A DNA stretch of 64,000 nt. It comes from Massalongia carnosa. Its lineage: Eukaryota. The stretch lies in contig OZ287068.1 in the NCBI GenBank assembly GCA_965645245.1, positions 1,302,001 through 1,366,000 of the forward strand. The letters run 5' to 3'. Numbering within the stretch: position 1 is the first letter of the stretch; every line of letters starts with the position of its first letter. Of this stretch, positions 40,185-50,827 are shown one piece after another. The notes under the pieces are model-generated. The model was not told where the DNA came from and did no database searches. It was given only the letters and a program-made list of their open reading frames with translations. A program made the translations under genes and the position numbers.

Positions 40185-40700
40185 TCAAGTTGGAAGCAGA
40201 GAAAGCATCATTTGAATACCCGTCCGCCTCGGAGCATAGTAATCCTCCAACCGATCCACCTCCTGGAATCCAACACCAGCGTACAACCTTCTCGCGGGCT
40301 CCCTCGCCTCATCAACCCACAGCTTTATAGCCTCGCCCCCATGACGTCTCAGTTTCTTTTTCTGCATCTCCAACATTGCCCTGGCAATTCCCCGACGTCT
40401 GTGCTTCTCCAGCACGCAAACCTTGTGAAGGAGACTCGTTCTCTTGTGGCGGGCGAACACCGCATACGCAATCAGCGCTGTGGGGTTAGACGGTGAATCT
40501 CCTTCCAAGACGAGTGTAAGTTCCGTGTTATGCTTCTTGAGTTCGACGTCAAAGTCAAGGATCTCGTTCCGCGGGAAGATTCTTTTCTCGGCTTGCTTGA
40601 CCCATTTCAGAAGATTTGATCCTTGTAGGGGCTTGGCCAATGGCTCGAAATCAGCCGACCAGTATGTAATGGTCGCCATTGCGCTCTTTTTGTTCTCCAT
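40185..40700 (-). CDS. GNAT-family N-acetyltransferase (RimI-like)
   Basis: LHKVCVLEKHRRRGIARAML (acetyl-CoA motif A) and ARRLYAGVGF...DYY. Confidence 0.88.
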   Translation of the reverse strand: MENKKSAMATITYWSADFEPLAKPLQGSNLLKWVKQAEKRIFPRNEILDFDVELKKHNTELTLVLEGDSPSNPTALIAYAVFARHKRTSLLHKVCVLEKHRRRGIARAMLEMQKKKLRRHGGEAIKLWVDEAREPARRLYAGVGFQEVDRLEDYYAPRRTGIQMMLSLLPT

Positions 40701-40864
40701 GGAGAGTTGTACTCTAGAGTCTACACAGCCCGTAGCGATTAAAAAGATGCAAACAGAAAGGTCTTGGTAAATAAAGGAAAGCGGAAAGATTCCGCACCTT
40801 CACCAAATCCAGGTCGTAACGCGTGCACACACAACCTATCTATAACCTTCCATCAACCCAAACC

Positions 40865-41931
40865 ATGACGTCGCCCCCCTCCCCCTCCCGCTCCCCCCCC
40901 CTCATCACCATTTCCGAAGACCTCATCCCCTCCCTTCCACCCATCCTCCCCACCACAACCTCGCACTCCTTCCACGGCCTGCTCTCGCCGCCGCTCCTCC
41001 TCGAATCCGACGCGAAAGAAGGCTGCGGGGGCCAGCTATGGCCGGCAGGGATGCTGCTGGCGGAGTTTTTGCTGGCGCGCAGGATGGACGTCTTGGCGGG
41101 GAAAACAATGTTTGTACGCCAACTCGACTGAATGGTTGATTGATTGATCGTCGGAAACGGAAAGAGGATGGGCGATTGGGAGGAATAAGTGGCTGAAATA
41201 AAAACAACGAAATGCGCACAGCGTCGAGTTGGGAGCTGGTAGTGGCCTTGTCTCGTAAGCAACCCACACCTTCCCCTTACCCCCTTCAAAACCAGCTCTC
41301 TAACCATCTCCTTCCCCCCCTCTCGCTCTAAAAAGCCTCGCCCTCGCCCTTTCCTCCCCAACCCTAACCCTGTACCCAACCGACCTTCCGCCCCTCCTCC
41401 CCCTCCTTCACAAAAACACTACGCTTAACCACGCCAACCTCCTCTCTCCGGTTTACCCCTCCGTCCTCGCCTGGGGCTCGCCCTCCCCCTCCTTCCCTTC
41501 CGGTCTTTCCGCAGTCTCAACGATCCCTTGCCCGCCGCCAGACGTGCTGCTAGCGGCCGATTGCGTGTACCTGGAATCGGCGTTTCCGCTGCTGCTAAGC
41601 ACGATGCGGGAGTTGGTGGGGGAGGCGACGGTGTGTTTCTTTTGTTATCGGAAGCGGAGGCGGGCAGACGCGGCGTTCGGGAGGATGCTGAGGAAGGCCT
41701 TTTGTGTGGTGGAGGTCGGGGGGGAATGGCAGCGAGAGGGGTTGTTTTTGTACGTTTCTGTCTTCTCTTTTTTTCTCTCTCTTTTTCTTGCGATAAAGAT
41801 TTGGTGGAATGGGAAAGGAACAACAGGGGTGGGGGAAGGGGGCTGATGATGCGAGTAGGTATGAGATTCGGAAACGCTCAGGGAAGATGCAGGATGGAGG
41901 TGGCAACTGGAACGGTACACCGTCAGTTTAA
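40865..41931 (+). CDS. EFM6: Protein-lysine N-methyltransferase Efm6-like (METTL21 / Methyltransf_16 family)
   Basis: EGCGGQLWPAG; after the intron, VELGAGSGLV (SAM motif I); DVLLAADCVY; CYRKRRRAD. The last exon starts at 41859 (YEIRKR...) and stops at 41931. Confidence 0.85.
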
Positions 41932-42145
41932 GTGCTGCTGGATGGAGAAGAATCGTAAGACGTTAAAAACTTCGTCGATTCCTTTCTAAAATTCATCAAA
42001 GTCTCGGTATGAATCAAACCGCTTCTGTTTGCCGTTGCTATGTAGGTCGTGAAAAGCATTTAGAAATGGGTTCCATGCGTGGGAACGCTCCTCGTAACGC
42101 CACGTACGGCATCCGTCATAGTCCCATCCATACAGTAACGTCCAC

Positions 42146-45102
42146 TCAAACACTCCCCAACTCCACAAACAAAAAGCCGCACCCCACGCAATCCAGCGTG
42201 AAACCCAACAACACCCCGACCCTGTACATCCACCCCACATCTTCCGTCCGACCGATCATGGTCCCCACCGCCGCCGTTGCAAACACAAGACTTGCGATTA
42301 CACCGCCGATGACGCCCAAGCCGACAGTCGCGGCGTCCCGTTTACGACCTGTAGTGGCAATGATGAAGGCGAGGAAGAGAATGGCGAACGAGGCGATGAA
42401 AGAGGCGATGCAGGAGCGGGAGAGGAGTCGATCGCGGGATTCTAGGGCGCGGACGGTAGGCGCTGTGGAGGTGAGCGAGATGGTGGAGTAGTGGCGGCGC
42501 CGGAACGTGCGGGTAGGGGAGATGATGTCGTCGAGATCAGTGTCGGCTTCCGCCGAGGCTTGGCTGTTGATATATTCGCCGTCAATTAATGGTTGTCGTT
42601 CGTTAGGGGTAGATGGTTTTGACTTGGGCAATCCTAGACATAATTTGACCCTCTTGGTAGATGCGTTGACGCCTGCGGCCAGGAATTCAATTGCTTTAGA
42701 TAATGCCGCTGCACCAGGAACACGGCTTGGCGCGTTGGGGTCCACGAAGATAGTGTAGGCTTCGTTTTCCGAGCATTCATCTCCATTATCGAACTCGTTC
42801 CAGTAACGTTGGTATTGAGGTATTGATGGTCCGCTAAGTTGCCTTCGAAGGGGGTGCTCTGCACGCGAGCGTGATTTACGTTTCTTTTTTAAAGCACTGA
42901 GTGATGGTGATTCAAGCAACTCCGGGGCCGACGTTGCTGACGACTCCGCCCGTTGAGCCGAAAAGACGCTGCTAGATTGCCCCTCACCCGAAGTGGACGT
43001 GTGTCGTGTATTTGTTCCGTCCGGGCTGAGCTGGTTGTCGGAGCTCCGCCGATGTGGGGGTTTCCCTTGCACGGGTATCTTACGTATATCATTCTTAAGA
43101 GCAGGAAGCTGCAGACGTGTCAGTAGAGGTCGCCTTGGTTTCTTTGCTCACACTAACCCAAAAAGGACGAGGCATGCCATGAGGATGGCATAAAGTGGCC
43201 ACGGCGTGAGTTTCCAAAGAGAAACCACGAACCCTTTCTGTCTGATCTGGCTGTTAGCAGAATCTAGTATATTAGCCAATACCATCTTACAAGGTGGGAT
43301 TCGTCAAGTGCGGTAACAAGTTTGGCGCTACCTTCACCTTCATATCGGACCTCTAACACCGCATGAGGGAATGCCGTAGAGGCCGCATTTCCCTTGCCAA
43401 AGGTTAGGAAGTCTTCGTTGCCGCATGCTATTTTAGAAGAACACTGTCTCATCGACACGTCCTTATCCAGCGTGCCCCAAACACCACCTGACTCGCTATT
43501 GCCTAGCCCGACAAAACGTGAACGCTTCAACTGTATCTGCACCAACGGCTGAACCTCCCGATGTTGGGTAAACCAAGTACTAACGGACTGAACGCTCTCA
43601 ACATCGTTTAAGTCCGCGGTATAGTTTAGCTTCGAGGGTCTAGCCTGGATTTGGGCGGGTGATAGATTAGAGCTAAGATCAAATAGATCCCGCAAGGCCT
43701 TCCGTTTGAATCGAGCTTTCCGCACACCACGGTTCGCCGTGGGTGTGGACGCATCCAGAACATCAGGAGAAGTGCGTACGACCACGACAGCGTCACCTTT
43801 GGGCGCATACCGAATGCTTGCAGCAGCTTTCTCTGTGGTGTTTCCTGGTACATTCTCCGAGTCACCGATGGTAGCAGCGCTCCGACGTTTTGCAAATCGT
43901 TCCAAGTCATCGCAAATCATGACACCAATTTCATCTTCCGGTATACGACCCAGTCCGGAACCGCGGCCGTTGATTGAATTGCTGCGGGAAGATTTTGTGC
44001 TGGAAGGTGTCCCTGTGGAAGCTGGAGAAGTGACCGGGATCCAAAGTCGGGTATGTTGCAACAGCAGTATCTGTATTTCTATTAGGTTTTCCGGATGTAT
44101 CCAGTAGGAAGCCTTGCCCGCCCTACGACCAAGCGGTAGAATGGCAAGCGTGGTGTCCACATCAATGCTGGATCCTTCTTCACAAGCTGAATGGATTTGT
44201 GCAGCGCTTGTTGGAACCCCTTCATCGCTTTTGGCTAAACGTAGAGAACGATTCTTCGTCCGGCTATGGAAAAGAGTTAGGTTCTCCACGGTGCTTTCTC
44301 GGTCGTCGTTTTGCGGAAGGAACCCTTCCTCCCATTCCACCTCGGCTTCGAACGGGGCTCTGACAGCTGCCAACACTTCGCTCCATTGCGTCAACAACGG
44401 CCTAAAATCTCTTCGCGCGAAGCCTGTCTGTCGTCCAAAGACTTCTTTATGAAACCGTTTACCTAGCTCCGACGAACCTGTCCACTTTTTATATTTCTTC
44501 AACAGTTTCTGAAAAGCCAAGCGTTGTGCGCCCACAAAGCGTGCCAAGGATTGAATCTCTTCTCCAGCCCTGTTATGCTGTTAGCGACGTTTCCACACCT
44601 TTAGGAGCTCCAAGCATACTTCAAAATTGCTTCTTCTGCCTTTGAGAATTTCTCGAGTCGTCTCACAGGGATTTTATGATGATTCGAATAAAGGTTACGC
44701 TTCTCCAATTGAACCACTTGCTTGTCGAGGTGAACTGATGGGATGAATTGTCAGCATGAACTGTGATTGACCACTACCTGGCATACGCACGCAAACGGCG
44801 TGTGATTTCGCCCGCCTTGCACTGCACAAAGAGGTCAACCCTCTGGTGTTGTTCGCGCAACTCGGCGTAGAGCTCATCCTCAAACTTCTGCAATGCCTTT
44901 GCTTCATTGCATTTCCCCGGGATGGCGATTGCTTCCGCTTGGCTCTTTGTCGTGTTAGCTTTGATCAGACGCTTGATATCGTTGTAGTCGACATTGTCTG
45001 GCATTCCTTGCGATAAGCATTGACCGCATGGAATGGGGGCGTTGTCTTACAGTTCTCCCACACTGGTATGGACCGCTGCTGAAGCGTGTCACCGTATTTC
45101 AT
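42146..45102 (-). CDS. SPX-domain plus degenerate VTC-domain membrane protein
   Basis: Exon 1 MKYGDTLQQRSIPVWEN, then YNVDYNDIKRLIK; AFQKLLKKYKKW (SPX); FPHAVLEVR and ERVRGFSLETHA (VTC-like); YQRYWNEFD; three C-terminal TM helices. Five GT-AG introns. Confidence 0.88.
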
Positions 45103-46393
45103 TTCCCTATGTTGGTTGGAATGAAGGAATGTGTGGATCTGGATATGCGATGCTTGAAAAGAATAAACTTAAGATATATACCCAATACGGCATGTACGGA
45201 TTCAACGATGATAATGATCACTATGATGGAAGAAATGTATATTTTCCATGCACTTGAAAAATGTTATATGGAACAGGGACGGTGGTCAATACCAGGAGGG
45301 ACCGCTGCACCCAATGAACTCAAACTTCGACTGAAGATCAAAAAAGGATGTTGACCAAAGAACCAACCACAGTATTTTTCAACTGTGACATCGCACGCTT
45401 GCTTACCGCCCGTTTGTACCTACTTTCTCCAATACGCCGAACTTGGAAAGTGGGAACAGTACTCTGTACCTGAGGCTTGTTTACTTACTACGATCCAATT
45501 CCAGTAAGGTAAGGCGTTGTACACTCGTGGAATGACTTGTGATCTTCACCAGGCGGGCTGAGTATGATAATGAACGCAGAACGCGCTGGATAGCGAAGAG
45601 AGACTCTTTCCGATATATGTTTCTCCGCGGGTGGCGGTGGCAACCTTTGGAACAAACATGCCCGCAAGAGGGTTAGGGTTTCCACCCTTTGCGACCGATC
45701 GCGAGCGATTCCGAAGATTCCGAAGATTCCCAACGAGAGAGAGAGAGAGAACCGAAAGTGAGGGGGTGATGCAGAGATGCAGAGATGCAGAGCTGCAGAA
45801 CCGCAGAGATGTAGAACTGTAGAACTGCACCAGGATAGTATCGTGCAAAACCGGGAATTGAGGGATATAGAGTACGGCAATCTGCATAAGTGTGCCGTTA
45901 TACTGGTAGGATACTTGGATAATTAATCCTCGTTGGCGTCGTTCGGTTATCGGGCGGAGAGGAAGTTCCGTTGATAGTTACTCGGTATGCTGTACAAAAC
46001 ACCTAGGTCCGTACGGAGTACTCCGTCTGAGGTATTGTAACCACAGTACCTATCGGAGAAGCTAAACAGATACAGAGCAGTATAGAGTACGGAGTACACT
46101 ATACTCCGTAGGTACTGTAGAAAACAATAGGTACAGAGAGCTTGGTACGTATGAAACGGCAAGCCCGCAGTGAGAGCCGCAAAACTTCAAGCTCCTACAC
46201 AGTAGTGGAATGGAAATGGAGCCCTAATCCCGATTCTTACATACTTCAAAGGGTCAAGCCCTAACACCATCCGGAAGAGGCATAGAGCATGACTACTTTG
46301 CATTAGTGTCGGTATTGATAGCGTCGATCCTATCCAAGTGCCTTCTCGGGGGATTTTCCAGCTTAGATATCTGTACAACATACGGATAGAACA

Positions 46394-48700
46394 ATGGGGC
46401 CGACCATCCTCAGCGTGTCAATCCCGATATCAAATCCCGTATCCCAAGACCTTCATCCATCTCCCTCCTCGGCTCAATCCTTTCTCTCCATTCTCACGTC
46501 GTCGCCCCACGCCTTTTTACAACCCCCGCCGAGCCTGCATGCCGCTGCCCTGGTCCTGGCAAAACAATATCTCGATCCACTAGCCGAGTCGACAAGTGAA
46601 GCACAAGCCCAGCGACTGCATGATGCAAGAAAAAAGCGGAAGCGGAACGATGTCGATAGCAGCATTTCCGCGGATGTGCTTCGGATGAAGCAAGTGTATA
46701 CCCAAGGATTTGAAATTTCGCAGATTTGGGAGCAGGCCAGGAGGATAGTGGACGCAAGTCGGCATGAGGTCGAGAGGGGTTTGTCGGAGGTCTTGTCAAA
46801 CGACAAGAATGGGCCGACGGCAGCAGGTGGGAAAGTTGTTCGGGTGGACCAAATGATCGACGATCCATCACCTGGTTATGACAAAGATAGGTTGGAGGTT
46901 AAGGCGTCCGAGAAAGATGAGGCAGAAATTTCAGAGGATAGCGAAAACCAAGACGGCGACGAGGCTGAACGTGAAGCGAGCCTTGGGGAAGGATCGATTG
47001 GATATGCAACGGATGATGAGGCCGTCGAAGCAGAAGATGTGAGTAGCAACCTCGATCCAGGGGTGGACGACACTTCGGAGTCGGAAAGCCCGAGAGAGAC
47101 TTTCATGCCCGATAAGAATGGCTTAAACGATGGCTTCTTTTCAATCGACGAGTTCAACAAACAGTCCGAGTTTTTGGAACAGCAAGATGCTCGGGGCGAG
47201 CAAACCAATGGTGCTGTTAGCGATGAGGAGGAAATTGATTGGGATGCCGATCCCGCTGCTATCGCTCCCGCTCGAAAAAGTGGTCAATCCGCACAGAGCG
47301 AGGAAAATCAGGAATCGGGTGAAGAAGACGATGGACCCACATTCGGCAATACAAACTTGAACGCTCCGGACTCATCCGATTTAGCATCTGATGCTGACGA
47401 GGTGGAAATGGAAGACATGGACAATATGAATAACACAAACGACATTAAATACGCTGATTTTTTCGCCCCACCGCCCCGCAAAGCCACCAAATCCACTCGC
47501 CGTCGTGCCCTCCCCAAAACCCAGCCTCCTCCCAGGGAAGCAGTTTCCAGACCCACTGACGACGACATCCAACGCACCATCTCCGCCGTCCGCCGGGACA
47601 TCTTCGACGACGATGATCCTGCCCCCGACGACGACGATAACAACTCTGCTGCTTCCGATGATCCGTCCACCCTCCGCCCCTCGAATCACTCAAACCACCA
47701 AACCCGCCAAGCTCAACTCGCCGCTGAAATCCGCCGCCTCGAAGCCGCCAACGTGGCTAAGCGTGACTGGACCCTATCAGGAGAAGCCCGCGCCGCCGAC
47801 CGCCCCCTCAACTCCCTCTTGGAAGAAGATCTTGAGTTCGAACGAGCCGGCAAGCCGGTACCGGTGATCACCAACGAAGTGAGCGAGGACATTGAAGCCC
47901 TCATCAAGCGCCGTATTCTCGCCCGCGAGTTCGACGAGGTCGTTCGTCGCCGCCCCGGAAACCTCGCGACCGGCCCCGACGTCCGCCGCGGCCGGTTTGA
48001 ACTCGACGACTCTAAGCCGCAGCAGAGTTTGGCGGAGCTGTATGAGGTTGATCATCTGAAGGCTGCCAACCCGGACACCTACGTTGACGCCTCCATGGAA
48101 AAGCAAAACGCCGACGCCGCTGCCGCGGAACAGCTCTGGCGTGATATTAGCGCCCAGCTCGACGCCCTGTGCAGTTTCCACTACCGTCCTAAACCCCCAC
48201 AAGCCATGGTCCGCGTGGTGGCCGACGTGCCCACTATCAGCATCGAAGACGCCCGGCCGAGCGCGGGGGCGGACATGGGTGGCGAGAGCATGTTAGCGCC
48301 GCAGGAGGTGTACGTCCCCGGAGAGGGCAGGGGCAAGGAAGAGCGACAGAGGGAGGTTGTGTTGAAGGGCGGGGCGGTCGTCGGGAGGGCTGAGATGGGC
48401 AGGGACGAACGGAAGAGACGGAGAAGGAGGGAGAAGGAGCGGATCAGGAAAGGTGGAGGTGGTGGCGACGGCGGTGGAGGGGCGGTTGAGGGGAAATCGG
48501 GTCCCAGCGTGATTAACGGGAAGGATGGGAACAAGAGGAAAAGGCAAGGGGAGAGGGAGATGGTGGGCGCGTTAAAGAGGGGCGGGGTGAAGGTCATTGA
48601 CCGGAAAGGCGAAGTGCGAGACGCGCACGGAAGGAAAGTTGAGCCCATGCCCAAGGGAGGTAGGAGAACTGGGGCTGGGGCTGGAGGGTGGAAACTGTGA
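46394..48700 (+). CDS. MPP10: U3 snoRNP / SSU processome protein Mpp10
   Basis: LNDGFFSIDEFN; IKYADFFAPP; LEAANVAKRDWTLSGEA..RPLNSLLEEDLEFE; IEALIKRRI; LDDSKPQQSLAELYE; LDALCSFHYRPKP; LAPQEVY. Confidence 0.95.
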   Translation: MGPTILSVSIPISNPVSQDLHPSPSSAQSFLSILTSSPHAFLQPPPSLHAAALVLAKQYLDPLAESTSEAQAQRLHDARKKRKRNDVDSSISADVLRMKQVYTQGFEISQIWEQARRIVDASRHEVERGLSEVLSNDKNGPTAAGGKVVRVDQMIDDPSPGYDKDRLEVKASEKDEAEISEDSENQDGDEAEREASLGEGSIGYATDDEAVEAEDVSSNLDPGVDDTSESESPRETFMPDKNGLNDGFFSIDEFNKQSEFLEQQDARGEQTNGAVSDEEEIDWDADPAAIAPARKSGQSAQSEENQESGEEDDGPTFGNTNLNAPDSSDLASDADEVEMEDMDNMNNTNDIKYADFFAPPPRKATKSTRRRALPKTQPPPREAVSRPTDDDIQRTISAVRRDIFDDDDPAPDDDDNNSAASDDPSTLRPSNHSNHQTRQAQLAAEIRRLEAANVAKRDWTLSGEARAADRPLNSLLEEDLEFERAGKPVPVITNEVSEDIEALIKRRILAREFDEVVRRRPGNLATGPDVRRGRFELDDSKPQQSLAELYEVDHLKAANPDTYVDASMEKQNADAAAAEQLWRDISAQLDALCSFHYRPKPPQAMVRVVADVPTISIEDARPSAGADMGGESMLAPQEVYVPGEGRGKEERQREVVLKGGAVVGRAEMGRDERKRRRRREKERIRKGGGGGDGGGGAVEGKSGPSVINGKDGNKRKRQGEREMVGALKRGGVKVIDRKGEVRDAHGRKVEPMPKGGRRTGAGAGGWKL

Positions 48701-48832
48701 GGAAGGAGCGAGGAGAAGGTGAAAAAGTCCCAATCGAAATGTTTTTGGTAAGATATAGGGTAGGGTAGAGGCCTCTGTACTTTCTTCATCATCGCCTCTT
48801 TCCTTTCTCCCCCCCCTTCTCGGGGTCCAAAC

Positions 48833-49636
48833 CTATCGCTTCGCCTTCCCCTCCCCAATCCTCTCCTCCCTCTCCAACCGCCTCACCTCCCTCTCCAACT
48901 CCTCGACGCCATTCTCCCGAAACCTGATCACCTTCCTCACGTTCCTAGCCGTAATCTCCCGAATCCCTCCTTCTCTTCCATCCTCCGTCATCGTCATTGC
49001 GGCGGTGGTGTTCTCCCTCCTCTCCCGCACGAGCGTGCGAGCGGTCATGGCGAAGCGCATGTCGCGCGGGCCGTCGACGAGCTCGAGAATGGCGCTGGGC
49101 GCTTGGTCGTTGTTTCGGTTGCGGGGCTCAATGCGGAGCACGCGCGTGTATCCCCCGGGCCGGTTCTCGTAGCGAGTGCGCAGGGTGGTGAAGAGGGAGG
49201 GGAGGTGGGTTAAGGGGTTCTGGAGAAAATGGAGGGGAAAGGTTAGATAGGGGTTTTTGGGGGGGGGGGTATAATAAATCAATTGATAGATAGATAGGTA
49301 GGTAAGTAGGAGGATAGAGAAGACAGTAGCGCGGGCGATACTCTAGAGAAATAACAGAAATCACCTCGAAAATCCAAGACAAAAGAAGAAAAAGAAGAAA
49401 AAGGGAAAAAAACAACTCACAAACAGCATCCCCATTGCCTTCCGCCTCGCCGCATCGGTGTTCCGCTTCGCGAGCGTGATTAGCTTCTCCGCCAGCCGCT
49501 GGGCTTCCTTCGCTTTCGGCCACGTCGTGGATATGGACTCGTGCTCGAACAGCGACGTGACCAGGTTGCGGAGCAGCGCTTGGCGGTGGGAGGACTTGCG
49601 GCCGAGATGCCGGTATTTGAGGGCACCGCCGGCCAT
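48833..49636 (-). CDS. MRPL8: Mitochondrial ribosomal protein bL17m
   Basis: [51 protein letters not shown]; after one intron, [14 protein letters not shown]...[12 protein letters not shown]. Confidence 0.95.
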
Positions 49637-49903
49637 TTTTGGAAAAGGGAAAAGGGAAAAGGGCGGGTGGGTTGGTTGGATGGATGGAAGAGAGAAAGGA
49701 GTTAGAGGATTTGGAGTGGGAGTTGTGGCAGAGCGCCCATTGATATGTGTATAGGTAGTTTATACTGTATGTACTCGGGAACAATAGATATGCACGCGAT
49801 AAACTCTCGCTAAGAGGTGCTTAATACCGCTACTCTACACCGAAAACTCGTCTGCGCCCAAACCTAACATAACGAACGAACGAACGAACGAAAGAACCCC
49901 CAA

Positions 49904-50326
49904 ATGGGTCTCCTCACCGGCCTCCTCGCCGGCATAACCTTCACTACATTCTCGCTCTACCTCCCCCTAGCCCTGCACCAACGCACGCGGGCGCACCAGT
50001 CCCTCATCCTCCACCAGCAGACGCTCCTGCTCACCTCTTTGGTGGATCCTGCCGCTAGGTCGCGGTCCAGCCGGAATAGTAGCATTTACCGCTATAGTTA
50101 CGGTTACGATAACAGCCACAGTAGCTGGGAATACGATGATGGGGAGGAGGCGACGAGGCCGCGATACCGATTGCAGAGGGGGAGCTGGGTGGAGAGGTGG
50201 AAGGATGAGTGGAACGGGCAGGTGGAGGGCGCGGTGAGGTGGGTACAGGGGGTGCGGTGGGGGGAGTTGAGGGATGGGGTCGAGGGGAGATGGAGGGAGG
50301 GGAGGGGAGGGGAGAAGAGGGTTTGA
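49904..50326 (+). CDS. MIC12: MICOS complex subunit Mic12 (Aim5)
   Basis: N-terminal MGLLTGLLAGITFT transmembrane segment and C-terminal ERWKDEWNGQVEGAVRWVQ..W, typical of fungal Mic12. Confidence 0.8.
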   Translation: MGLLTGLLAGITFTTFSLYLPLALHQRTRAHQSLILHQQTLLLTSLVDPAARSRSSRNSSIYRYSYGYDNSHSSWEYDDGEEATRPRYRLQRGSWVERWKDEWNGQVEGAVRWVQGVRWGELRDGVEGRWREGRGGEKRV

Positions 50327-50827
50327 GTGTTTTGGGGGGGGGGGGGGGGTGGGGAGTGGTGGGGAATGGGAAGAGGTGGAGTGGAAGACTTGTTTGCCGT
50401 ATAGATTCTTGGGCAAAAAATCTATGAAGGAGGGAAACAGGGCAGGTCTCTGGCTCATGATTGGTGTTGGCTCAACTTTTCTACTCGGCGCAGGAGACAG
50501 AAGGCTACAAACTGGTTAATGGGAAGCACCCGCCCCATATTGATCATTCCATAGCCACAATCGTGGGGTTTGCTTTGGTTCATACGTAAGTCGGTCCAAC
50601 GCATCTAGTTAAAACATCATCATTAAAACTATTGCTAATCTTGTAGAGGTCAACCGCCAACATCCCTATACACATTGCCTCCGACAAAATGCTTTATAAA
50701 GCCTAATCGCGCTGATAGACTCCCAAAAGGTGGTTCTCTCATGGTTCCTGAGCTTCAACGCGGACATTATTTTGTTCGCACATTACTACTATCCAGAGAG
50801 AACTTGCAGACCCAGCGCACTCGAATG

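Noticed and set aside
41361..41371. Telomeric CCCTAA-like repeat
   Set aside because: Fewer than two full units, inside the EFM6 coding exon.
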